Shown here: positions 26,501-39,316 of the stretch, in pieces
How the letters are laid out: each line of letters begins with the position of its first letter
Position numbering within the stretch: position 1 is the first letter of the stretch
NCBI GenBank assembly: GCA_030141605.1
Contig: JAQGDQ010000257.1
Location: 1-64,000 of the forward strand
Source: Tubiluchus corallicola
Taxonomy: Eukaryota; Animalia; Priapulida
Length of the DNA: 64,000 nucleotides
Direction of reading: 5' to 3'
Notes under the pieces: generated by a model
The model's database searches: none
Told to the model about the DNA's origin: nothing
What the model saw: the letters and a program-made list of their open reading frames with translations, nothing else
Translations under genes and position numbers: made by a program

Positions 26501-27021
26501 TTAAAGGAAAGAACAAGTCACTCAGTATGCTTGGTTTATTTTACTTCTATCACTTAAACTTAGAAAAGTATAATAAAGAAATTTGCAAAAGCTTTTCTAT
26601 AAAGCAGAAATCTAAAACATACCACCTCTGAATAAAGATTTCCAGGCGTGGTGGTTACCGCCATTCGTTTGAAAATTATGAACTGGGGGACTTCGTGCTT
26701 TACTAATTCAAACTACTGCAGCTTACACAATATTCATGCAAAAAATGTCGCAAAATCAGCTATCTAATGTTTTTGTAAAAACCTGTTATACTTTTGATGA
26801 AGATTGACAGTGCGCTACTTTTCTTCAGGATGAATGACGTAATTGGAAGAAGAATGGGCGTTCAAAATGGGACCGCTCAAGCGTGAAGTGATTGCGACTT
26901 TAAAGTGATTTTAGTAATTACACGAGGCGCTTATTGCAGTTTTATTACTAAATTTTTCTAACATTTTTTGTCAAACGCAGAAATAAGCCCACCTTTCCAA
27001 AAGATCTGGCCTTTCCTTCAA
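26501..27021. mobile_element. Kolobok-like MITE, copy 2
   Basis: Starts TTAAAGGAAAGAACAAGTCACT and shares blocks with 7741-8286 (TGACAGTGCGCTACTTTT, GAATGACGT, TTATTGCAGTTT). Ends CTTTCCTTCAA. Confidence 0.75.
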
Positions 27022-29137
27022 GTAATATTAGTAAAAGCAATGCATAATTCAAATTTCATTAAATAAATGTCTTAAACCTTAGTCTGAGGAGCTGAAAAAC
27101 CAGACGATAGTTGGTCTAAGTTATAAACAGAAATTTTGAGAACAAATTGAAACTTTTTGTTGTGTAATTATTTTGGCTGCACAATTTCTTCGTAGCAGAT
27201 TATATTTATTGTTCAATGAAAAACGGCAAAACTAAAAACTCCACGCGATGGAGTGGCTCAGTAATATAAAGCTGTATTAAAAATATTGCAGCTCGGGTGT
27301 TCTCTCGATATTAAATAGAAGCCAAAAAAGCAGAAAAAAGAGGTGACCTAACCCACTTAGATAACACCAACAATTAAATTAAAGAGGGAAGCTCTGAAAT
27401 ACCACTTACCTTATCCAACTGAATTATCAGCCTACACAGCTGAAGCAAATATGAATATCTTATACTAGTCAGCGTGCAATCAGTCAGTCAAGATGTAAGT
27501 GGATTTAATTAATTAATGCCAATAAATTTGTAGTAGACAAGTGAATAAGTGATTCATGTCAGAGCTAAAAAAACTTACTGCGTAGTTTGATTTTACTAGT
27601 AGCAAAAAAAACTAACAAAATTTAATAAGAACACCACTGAACACTAACAAACATATGTAAACAATGAGCTGATGACAAAATAGGCTGTTACCTACATTAT
27701 GAGAGATGCAGCATGTTCTATTATAACACATTTTTAACAATCTACAAAACATGATGATGCTAGCTAGTTTCAAGTTATCTAAGTGAAGTTTTCGATTTTT
27801 TCAAAAATTAAATCGTGTCACTCAAATACTTAGTCAACTTGACAACTGCTAGAGCTTAACGAAAAACATTTCTGCCCTATCCAATGTGCTGCAGACACGA
27901 GGCATTTTGTTAAATTTCACAGCAATATCAATGTATACCACTGTGGTTATTTCCACTTGCAAAAATTGACGTTATTGTTAAAAATCACAAACAATTGTAA
28001 CATCACGCCCAGATGAAGTCTAGTAGAAAATGGCGCCATTGTTCTGGTGCCAAAGAAATTTCTGGAAAAATGCATCAAAGGAGGAAAATTCGTGCAATAG
28101 TCTGATTCAGTTTTCTTCAAAGAAAGAGCTAAAGCACTTTCACTACCATTTAACGAGATTGCTGAAACTTGAGCACACGGCAAATACATTTGGGTGATCT
28201 CACACAATCTGAGTCATTCATGACAACCAGCTCAAGTCTTGTGCAATTTAGTATAACAAAAACAGCACGATTCACGTTATATTCGTGTCAACCTCAAATC
28301 GATGTTTGGAAAAATGAGAAAAGCTTGCAGAATTTTAAAACTATCACAATCCATTACAAGAATAAAAACAGCCTCCCGATATATTAAAACACCGAAAGGT
28401 TTTTCATGAACGAAAAGCGGCAATCTTCGAGTGCAAAAGTGCAAATACATAAACTAAACTAAAGAAGCTACCATTTCCAGAGTTTTAAACTAGATTTAGC
28501 TGCGTTTGAAAACACCAACCGACAAGAGTCCGTCCGCCAAAATACATGAGCTGGAAGGTTAGCAATTTTTTGTTACATTTTGTACCAGAACGACAAAGAA
28601 ACGGTTAGGGTCTAATTGATATATTAAAAACAGAAAGTCACTTGATTTAAAACGCCTTTATGAATTACTTGTTGTAGACGTTAGAGTAGCTCGTTTCCAA
28701 CATCAACAAGCAATTTTTCGGTTAATCTTGACTTTAATCATGTACTGCATTAAACATTTGATTGCGATCACTTACTGCAAGCATTTAATACATTAACAAC
28801 TCTTTATATCCCTCCACTTGCCATTCAATAAACAGCTAAACGCATTAACTCAATCAACTAAGTGAGAGATGTTCTGATGTAATCTTTTATAAAGCGATAT
28901 TCTGCTCTAATTACGGCATGGCAGCCAGGTTTTGCTTTAGTAATACGCGGGCTTCATTACTCTGATAACAATTAAGAAGGTATTCATAATTCAATAATCA
29001 TTACTTAACTTTCACGATCCAAGATTTACACGAATTCTGTCGAATGAAAAACGCACATTAATTACATCTATTTCATATAACTGACATAATTAACTACTAC
29101 AGCATTAAATACCCAAAAGAGCCAACTTCTAGGAATC

Positions 29138-30397
29138 AACATGTTTATTGAGCGACGATCGTTTCGCCTACTGCAACCATTATCAAACTATAAATTTGTT
29201 TGACTACGTTCCTCAGTGTCTGGAGTGGTCCTCTTTTTTGCATACATAAATTTTTATAATTTTGCTTGCTCCACTTATGTTATGTTTTTGATTGCATATT
29301 ATGCTTTTCTCACTTCGTATATTCACTTTATTATATTATTTTGCTCATTGCTTCACAGTTATCATCAAGCTTCATTATATTTTTGTTGATTCATATTGTC
29401 TATTTAATCACATTCTCATATTTCATTACACATTTTTTGTGCTCCATCTCTCTGTACTAGCTCTTGTGTTTCATAGTCCTTTGGCATTATGCTTAACATA
29501 ATTTGATTAGACACTAATGCATATTTTCGTTTCACTGTATATAGTTTGACTTTATCATGCATATTTTGTTTCCTTCACTGATTTATTATTTATGTTTTAT
29601 TTTTTCTTTTGGTTTGACTTTTTTCTAGTTTGTTTTATGTTTTAAATGGTTAGTTAAATGCTTTACGTATTTGGTTGATCATCATTACATATTTTTCATT
29701 TTATCTCAATGCTTCCTTGTTGCATACACTATTCAGTTATTTCGCTTTCAAGTTTAATTTCTGTTAACTTTTCTAAATTTATGTTAACAGTTGATCTTCT
29801 TAACTCACTTCATAATTATTACACGATTTAATTAGCTGTGCTACAATTTTTTTACACTTTACTATAAACCTGAGAAGGGCAGCTGACTTTTGCTACCCTT
29901 TCTCCTGCATAATTTATCTTTTTTAATTAATAATTACAGCAATAATAGTCTATTTGTATTCTGGTGTAAATGAGGAGATAAATAAAATGTCTATGTCTAT
30001 GTCCTGGCTGATTTAGTCTTTTGTCACTTTCACACTGATATGCTGCTGGTTTCCCTTATTGTAGTTACCACTTGTTGTAAATTGTGCAAAATGATGAAGT
30101 TGTGTATTGTTCTTATAATTCTTACGGCTGTGGTTCTTCACTATGTAGACTTGGATTAACTGTTTACCTGTTGGGTTCTCTTTTTGGTTCTCAAGTGTTA
30201 GGTAAAATTTTGTACACTGCTCTGCAATTTCCTCCGTTACAATCTAGTTTATTTGATACAGTTAAATTCTAATCTGTTGTTTTGTAGTTTAAGTTTGTGC
30301 CGCTGTATTATTAATGCATTATTTATACTTCTTTTTGGCTTGATTTAGTTTAATAATGGCTTCAATAGCCGAACCATAGTCGCTCAATAAACCTGTT
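29138..30397. mobile_element. Probable Penelope-like retroelement relic with inverted terminal repeats carrying degenerate hammerhead motifs
   Basis: ~55-bp imperfect inverted repeat (29138-29195 vs 30342-30397). Each arm reads like a minimal type I hammerhead followed by AATAAA. The interior is strongly T-skewed. Confidence 0.55.
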
Positions 30398-31402
30398 ATT
30401 ACAGCACATTAACTACACAAAAAACTAAGATGTTCCTTGAGATCATTGTCTGCTGAGTTTGTTAGGATGCAAACACCGCGCCATGTCCTAGCGTTTTTAC
30501 CTTTCGCTCCCTACTACACCCGACAGAATCTAGCCCAGTTGAAAGGCTTACGCAGTTAAACATATTTCATTCAAATTTAGGCTTAGTTACTAAATCGTGG
30601 GTTGGGGTGGTCCGCCTCTGGCGATAACCTCTAACACTTGACTGCACTTTTACTTAGTCACGCTCAGTAATCACCACTGGTCTTAACCTACTGCATCTTA
30701 TGTACATGCAGCGGTGTATTCTGCAATTTAAAGTAAATTAAAGTAACCAGATTAAATTAAATGCCTCTATTATATGCATACTAACAAGAGATTCATGTTT
30801 ATCTCCCCAAAATGACCAGATGTTACTCATATTAGAAGACTGAACCGATTTATCGATTTGTAATATGAAAGTTGTCAGGTGTGATAGAGACAGTTAATCG
30901 GTATTCGTGTCCAATATATGAAATCTTTGATATTTAGCGAAAACGAATTACTACGAAATTTGCGTAGCAATAGTACTAGCCTAGTACTGCCATCACGGCA
31001 GCTTCACCACATGCGACCTCAAAGAGACCTCGGTTTACGTTTGCCATGAGAAATTCGTTTTCCTTTCGTCTGTACAAATTGGCGCCCACGCCTGCTGTCT
31101 TCAGCAGTGAAGCCGGCCAACACAACACGAATCTCTCGTAATGCAAATACTCTGTGTACGTTCAGTGAGGTTATAAATACTATAGGTCTAGTGAGGTTCA
31201 CACCTAGACTAAACTTTCGTTCCCACCTAACAAGAGTTCACTAACGCTTTCTCACCGTTCTTTAAGTGCCATCACTAAGCCACAAATTACACACGTTACT
31301 CAACTTATGACTAATGGAAACTTGAACGTAGGATGTGTTATTGAATTCCGTCAAAAAGGTACAGTAGTTTTGCCATACGTACTATCACCAATTGCGTATA
31401 AA

Positions 31403-31560
31403 AGAGAGAGAGAGAGAGCGAGAGGATGTGAGAGGGAGTGAGAGTGAGAGAGAGAGAAAGAGAGAGAGAGAGAGGGGGGAGTGAGAGTGAGTGAGAGAGA
31501 GAGAGAGAAAGTCGGAAGGACAGAGAGAGAGAGAGAAAGTCGGAAGGACAGAGAGAGAGA
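31403..31560. repeat. (GA)n-rich polypurine tract
   Basis: ~160 bp of GA/GAGT repeats with two copies of AAAGTCGGAAGGACA. Confidence 0.9.
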
Positions 31561-34500
31561 AAGGAAGAGTGACAGAAAAGGAACGACAAAATTCAAAACC
31601 AGTTTTCTTGTATTGATCATAAGTTTCTTTATATTTTTATAAGTTGCATTTTTAAACAAGTTCCTTACGCTTGTAGCGATGTAAACCTATTAGAGCAAAA
31701 CTTTGTACATTCTGAAATAATTAACTCAGTTATCTCCGGGCGTTACTGGAACCTGATGCCGGAATCCAGTATAAAGTCAAAACAAAAAGCCTTTTTTATA
31801 TTTGCACATAAAATAATAAATAAAGTCAAGGCTAAATCAATTACTAAACGGAGCAATAATTACAAAGTTCAAAAAGAAAAAAATAGCTCAGACTGAAAGT
31901 ACTCGCATATCAGCGATATTTCTACTTAAAAACCTCTGAGTTCCTCTACAGCTAGACTTTACACAGAGTAATTAGAGGCTGGATTTCAGTTAGTCAAACC
32001 ATGCAGGCAGAAGCGCTGAAACGCTAACAAAGAAAACCGAGCAAAAGGTGAGAGAGGGCAATGAGGGGGCAGCCGGTACGTGATCTCGCGTTGACAAGTG
32101 TGACAAAGAACACGGTGCACTGCGCTGGTGAACTAAAACTGTTATAAAATCGTGTGCTCAAAGATACAGCAGAACAGTTGGTCGAATCTAATATACACGG
32201 TACCAAAACGTATCTTAATAAATTTCGTGTGATACGCGCCAAAGTATCATTATCAGATCAGTACTTAATGTACAAATGCTTATTTATTAATTTAAAAATG
32301 TTACACTCGTTCCACTAAACTCGTCGCGGACTCGCTAAACCTTTGCAGTCTACAGATATTCACACACACACAAACAACAACATTGTTAATGTGGTTAACT
32401 ACATAAACACATTACATAAAAATCGAGAGTCCGACAAAACATACAAGTAAAACAAGAGTATTTACCATCTACTTTGCCTGTAATCAAACATTTGCACTAG
32501 AAAAAGCGACACTAGCCCATTTACATAGTGCCTAATGTGGGTGGAAGGGTCTAACGAATGCAAAACGTCTACTGACGGTACTGCAGTACATGATTTTTTT
32601 TCGTCGGGAAAGTAAGCTCAGTTAGAATGTGCTGCTTATGTCAGCTATGGGGGATAGTTTAGTTTATATGTCTCATTCCAGACGCACATAATATACTATT
32701 TAATTACACACGGTTCATTATGATTGCACTGAGACGGGGTGGCGAAAGACCGTAATGCTCACCTAGCAGCCACCCCGATTTACAAAACATTACTATTGTA
32801 TTTAGTTACCTTAGTAGTGCTATTCGTAGCTTGCGAGAGACTTACGTTTTACAGTTATCCTATTATATAACAAAATCACATTAGTAGTTAAAAATCAACA
32901 TATTACTCTTTGTTAATATTTCACGCATTTATATGTGTACGATAGGCTGGGAGGGATACTTGAGAGGAGCAGCTTCAAGTTGCTATGTGGTACACGAGAT
33001 TGTCTATGATGCCGTAGATCAAGACAGATATTGTAATGCAAGCCATAGTTAAGATCAGAAACCTCAGATAACTATTGTTCACTATTAACTAAGATGGATT
33101 TGATAGTGGCGTGACGCCTTAGCAGAAAATGGTTAACGTTTTTCTAAAATGCGCAATAAATCAATTCGGTTGAAACTTTATATAACGTCTTCATCGCCTA
33201 CAGAAGTGATACAGCAAGACTAAAGAAACGTTCTAAGTAGCGCATGTCCAAGAGCATTTTTAAACAAAGCAAATATGTAGCAAAGTGGAGCATGGCTGCC
33301 ATTCAAAGGGATGTTAAAGCGCAACAAGCAGTCAAAAGCCAGTCAGACGGCTGTTAGATAAAACAATTTGCTACTTGTAAGCCAAAATAAAGCAGTCTGT
33401 TTACACATTTTCCAACAAATATCTGAAAGGCAGAGACGAGCAACGCTATTAACACACGCTAGAAGTCGAGTTGTTCAGTTCACGTTAACGATGTGTAGTA
33501 TTCATTTTAGACGTATTACAAAAATGTAAGATTACACTGTGTACATATTGGATCAAGCACTGCACAAATATCTTTGTGAGATTCCTACCCCAAACATCAC
33601 AACTGAGAGAGCAAGCCAAAAGCAACACCACTGCCAAGCAACCACATACAAGTGGATGGTACGACCAGAATGCAAATACAATCTCTGCCAGATGTGGACC
33701 ACGTGTAAATGACCAGTGGTCGAAATGAATTCTACGTGTAAGACCGCAGCACAAGCGCATAAATAGGGAGACAGGAGAAGCCCAAAAACGAATTTAATGA
33801 TTTTTAATAGATCTGCAGCCTGACGCAAAGCAACAGTAGCAGCTGGCTAGTGGCTTCTTTTGCTCAGAATGCATGAAAAGTGAAGCCACGGTGAATAACC
33901 TAACAAGCTAACATAGCAACTGTTTTCACTTAACTGCGTTGGACACCTCAGTAACTAGCAACACTTTCTCTGCAAGGAAAGGGCTGGATAATATAGCCGA
34001 CTGCAGAAACCAGGACAACCCACCAACGCCAGCTGAATGTTTTCACTCATAATATGACCCTAATTTCTTGAAGCTCAGTAGTTTGCTGATTATAAACACC
34101 ATGTAATACGAGACAAATGCCGTGGCCTTCATTAACCCTTCAAAGTTACCGTCAACAACTCTTTGTTTGTCTTACGCTGAAACTGATGATGAAAATTGTT
34201 TGCAGCCATCACATAATTTGCCACAGCATCCGGAACACCAATTTTCCAGAATGCCTTCGCTGCACGACTAAAGACAGCGCATCATTAAAATAAGTTACGT
34301 GGATGGCAACTAGAATTTTCTGCCAAGGCATGTCCTGCTATTCAGTCTATAGATTTTACACAACTGTGTTGAATCTCTTCCGATGGACAAAAGTCCCCTC
34401 GTCTCCTCCCAGTAAATTGCAGATCCAGAAAAATTTCGGGAAGAAACCATGCTGGGAAGCTGTGAACCCAATAAATTACAAGAAGATTCTTTACAAAACT

Positions 34501-34851
34501 TCACAATGTAGTTTTTGCATGAAAGAAAACGGATTGAATAAGAAACAAATGTAACGTCACTTTAAATACTTGGAATGATTTTTTTTGCGCATTTTCAGCT
34601 GAATTGTTTGGTATTAATACTAATCTGTATGTTGTTAGTACTGTGTACGTATCTCCGTACTCAGTAATAATATCTGTTTTTTGATGACTAGTTTAGAAAT
34701 GATAGCTGTAATAACATGGTCATACGTGACAATAAACTACTACTATTACTACTAGTGCTCTATTTTGCGTTGCACAGTTATCAGCGAGTTACAAGTTAAT
34801 ATTTTAAAAATAATACAATTGCAGATTTCGCAAAGATTAGCTAGCACTTTA

Positions 34852-34925
34852 GCACACACACACACATACGCACACGCAACGCAAACGCGCACGCACACCA
34901 TACCACGGGTACACGCATACACACA
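34852..34925. repeat. (CA/CG)n degenerate microsatellite
   Basis: Read directly from the sequence. Confidence 0.8.
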
Positions 34926-36240
34926 TTGATTAACTCAACCTATAAGCTAAACACGTGGGAGGGAAAATGGACAGATTTTGCCAGTTATGAATCACATTTG
35001 TTTGCATTATGAATTAACAATATTGAATCAGCAATTTTCTCCTGTTATTAATATCGAATTATCCGCTAAACTCTTTTGCACTACATAGTAAATGCGCAGC
35101 CGCAGTAATACAGAGATAATAACGAGGCCATATATGTGATGACACTGCTTAGCTGTTTTGGCCACACTATACAGCAGAAATGTGTCATGAGAGACTCGCT
35201 CGTCAATAAACTACAGTATTTAAGTAAACAGAAAAGCAAATACAGGTCTACCTTAGACTACCCATCCTCCAAAGCTAAAAAAGTTCCAGGCCACGTCCTA
35301 AATACCTCTAATAATCGTTAATATTAAACTACTTAGTTAGCTAATAGTGAGTATTAGAGTATATAAATATTAGCAAAGTAGAACCTTGTGATGATCACAT
35401 GATTAACATCGTCTCATGTAACTTGTAAGACATTCAGGATATGAGAAAAATAACGCAATGAGCATTGCTCAAAGAAAATTGCAATGATTTCCTACAATAA
35501 ACGGTTTTGTTGCCAGACCTACCGTATCGCTGTCATGAATTTCACGATGGCTTAGGACAGAACATCACTGATCAGTAACATCCTACAGACAGGAATAATT
35601 GTTGCAGCAAAATCAACAGAAAACACGTACTTACACAAACAAACAGGAATTAATGCTATCAAGTGAGCTTAAAACTCGGCACTCAGGTAACCCATATAAA
35701 GTTAAAGAACCGCAATATTTTTAACAGAGACACCCAAATGTTTAAACATGCGTTAATAGAAATTGGCAAAAATCTGATTCCACCTAAAGCTTTAAAAGAT
35801 GGTTAGCAAACTATATACGCGTTGCTCAAAATCTCAGTGTCATTCGCAGTCTTGTACTTATGTAAAACACAGGTATGTAGTAATCCTATAGACGTGCTGT
35901 TACTTGTGCATAACATATTGCGTCAGGTGTGTAATGTTTAAATCGTCAAGGAGGAAATTACATTTCCTGTGTAAGGGTAAAACAGTTTATCTACTCCACA
36001 TATTTCTAACAGAAAGTGATAATATATCTGTGTACACTGTACATAATTATCTAAAAATAGCTTACGTTGCCATACACGTATATCAGATACAATTTTGACG
36101 ATGCTGCCTGTCAAAATTAATACACGAATGTAACATTCACGCTCGTACCCACTTACTCTTACGTAATTATTACGAATGATGCAGCTTGCAACAGAGAAGC
36201 CGTACCTTGAACAAATGTCTGCGAAAGAAAAGAAATTTAC

Positions 36241-36350
36241 ACGACGGAGACGCATTACGCCTCAGGAAAAGCACGCAATCGACAGTACCACACACACGAC
36301 ACGACGCAGCAAGAACTAGTAACATTCAGCGTCAGGAGGATGTGAACTGA
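36241..36350 (-). promoter_or_regulatory. Candidate core promoter and first non-coding exon (possibly Pellino)
   Basis: Minus-strand TCAGTT initiator at 36345-36350, a CpG-rich 110-nt stretch, then a GTAAAT donor at 36240. Confidence 0.35.
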
Positions 36351-36811
36351 CAGACAATCCTTGCCAAGTCACTAACCATTTGCAAATCGGAAGGAAGTGA
36401 TGACCCTTACCCGCAATGGGACAATAAATATGGATTATATCCCTTTTTACACCGCACGGTCAAACGCTTCGGTTAAAGATTGAGGAATAAATCTGTCTAA
36501 CATGTGGATATGAGTACAAAGAGAACGGGCTCAACCGTTTCATTCACGTCTTCTTGACCTTAGCTAACAAAAAAGTAAGCTTAAAAAAACGAAAATGATA
36601 CAAATTAATTGCTCCAGCATTTCAATATTTTCTATTAAGAATAATCATGCACTTTACGCTGCAGCGCTACAACAATACCAAGATGTGTAGGGAAGGGTAG
36701 GAAAATACGTGTTTTTTCATTATGCATAAATAAACAAAACATGTTTTCTCACCTTTAAAGACCTTTAATATTATTTAAAACTGTTGCTTATCACTCGAGT
36801 TCAGTTTTAAT

Positions 36812-37400
36812 GTATATTCAACAACAAACTTTGATTTCTCCGGTGACAAATGTTACTCATTAGAAATAAATTCAAAATGCTTCATTTGAGAAAGGTAAAT
36901 TATACTGATACTCAACCTCTAATCTCACAAAAAACCTATAGATTTTTTCAAAGCCAAGGGCATTGTTTTACTAAACCTGGGAATGTTTGCCAAGAAAAGT
37001 GTTTTCCATTTAGTAAATTAAAATTTTTAACAAAACTTACCCAGATCCAAATTTTATATATGCACATACCTGCTAAATCCTGCTCATTTCTAAACGCTAC
37101 AACAATATCAATGTCTGCTGGTAGTTCCATACAAAAACATACAAACGATTTTAAAGATTTTTAAAATTACATTTAAAACTGTATATTCAAGAACAAACTT
37201 TATTTAGTATACCACATTGACTTCTCCGCTGCCAAATGTAACTGGTTAGAAAGATAAATCAGAATGCTTCATTTGAAAAAGGTAAATTCTATTGCTTCAC
37301 AATCTCGCAAAAAAACTTATGGGCTTTTTCAAAGCCAAAAGCATTGTTTTACAAACCCTGGGAAAGTTTGTCACGAAGAGTGTTTTCATTTCGTCAAAAT
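36812..37400. repeat. Diverged ~370-bp tandem duplication
   Basis: Blocks GTATATTCAA..CAAACTT, AATGCTTCATTTGA.AAAGGTAAATT and TTTTCAAAGCCAA..GCATTGTTTTAC occur twice in the same order. Confidence 0.8.
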
Positions 37401-39074
37401 TTTCAACAATAATTATCCAGCTGCACGTTTTGTAAATGCTAACTTTTAAAACGTATCTATAATGTCTGTGACGCCTTAAAGGAGTAGGATGAGTCGAGAC
37501 ATATAAGCCTCAAGCATAAGCTATAAAGCTTTTTCAGAAGAAAGAATACGTAAGAAATATAAGATAAAAATATGCCTACAAAAACATTTACCCGTAAGAT
37601 AGAAAAAAATTCAATAAAAGAAGAAATGAATCAATAAGAACCAAAACTGTTTTAATCATGGAGGGAAAGCAGTTTTTAACATTTTTTTCATTTTAAACAA
37701 TATCAGCTCCGGCTTGGGCTGCAACAAATTTATTGTTGTAAGAAAAACAAGTTTATCCACCACTGTGAAGTGTAATTCACGATCTCACGGCAATATTGCC
37801 AGAGTCGTAAACTGATAAGCAATAAATTTACACCATTTTAATCCTTTAACTGCTGTAATACTGTAATTGCTTGATCGCTTGACCCAGCTTTAAATAAAGT
37901 GTTTAGATTTTAATTGATGGGCTGTAATTCCAGACACGAAAAAGTAGAAAACAAAAACCGGTTGGTACCGTCTGAACGACGTGTGAAAGATCACCAAACC
38001 AGAGCATTGTTGATGTAGCTGACCTTTACAATATGCAATCCGACAGGTTCAATATGTTTTTAACCATCGTGAGAATGGACAGACTGCACTTCGTAACCCT
38101 CTAGTAATAAGTAAGCAGAATACAATATACACACATGCATTGTCACTCACCACTAGTCACCAGTAATGTCGATCATAGCTGTTCCCGAAGAGAGCCGGTA
38201 GAAACATTTCTGTACAGTAATTTAATTTTCCAAGCGCTTGATTAGCTCTACTATTACTAACTTCCTGCTACTTGATTGAGACGGACATCGTGTGCATGAT
38301 GCAGCATGCCTTGCAAATGAAGTTGAGCGACGTCTAGGCTGGTCACAAAATGGATGGGTGACTATCGAATTTTTCATTCATTATACAGTGATACTGACCC
38401 ACTCGATGAGGATGAGAAAATATATCCCTTCTCATCGAATGGCTCATCTCTGTTGAGTTAGTCTCTCATTATAGGGGTCAACTTTCATTATAAACCAGAA
38501 TTTGCTCCCAAACCATCACACACATTCACTATATTCTTCTGTTTGCTAGTTTGCAATTACATTTGGTAATGCAAAACACGATGAACGTACTTCTTGCCTG
38601 GGACAGTTTTTATTTTTTAAAATACCCGTATGAACTATTAATCATTGGCTAATACTGGACTAAACCCAGACAATATTATGCACAAAACAAAATTAATGAA
38701 GACAAAACAGAGCTAAAAACCTCATGTTCATCGACACTAAACAGGGCAGGCCGCATAAGTAATGAGTGCGAACGTTGACGCAATATAGTAACCTATACAA
38801 TTTCATCATTTATAAGCAAAATCATAATTATACATCATCAGTAACTCACTATCACTGACAATAATGATGTCACTGCACATGCATTGCCGCCATATATCAG
38901 ACGCCAAGAGTTAAACTGACTCAATTCATTACGTCTGAATGAATTTCTATTGACACTAATGATCAGGAAAACGTGTTAAGGTATTGATCGACCATCTTAA
39001 CCTGTCCAACCTTAAAAGTGTCAAGTTCCTGTTTAAACCCGTCAAAGCTGTGAAACACTGAAATCTTCTCAACA

Positions 39075-39316
39075 AAGCGTGTGACACAGTGCACACATGA
39101 AGCCACCCACAAAAAAGCCTGTGGCACAGTGCAGATATGAAGCCACCCACAAAAAAAACGTGCGACACAGTGCAGACATGAAGCCACCCACAAAAGTGTG
39201 TGACACAGTGCTGGCATGAAGCCACCCACAACAAAGCGTACGACAAAGTGCAGATATGAAGTCACCCACAAAAAAAAACGTGCGACACAGTGCAGACATG
39301 AAGCCACCCCAAAAAA
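39075..39316. repeat. ~40-bp minisatellite, 6 units
   Basis: Unit GTGCGACACAGTGCAGACATGAAGCCACCCACAAAA with variable A-runs. Confidence 0.92.

Noticed and set aside
33485-33828. Minus-strand ORFs with a hydrophobic stretch
   Set aside because: No family motif and no convincing splice partners.
39075-39316. CRISPR-like repeat-spacer array
   Set aside because: The variable parts are only A-run and point variants, not spacers.
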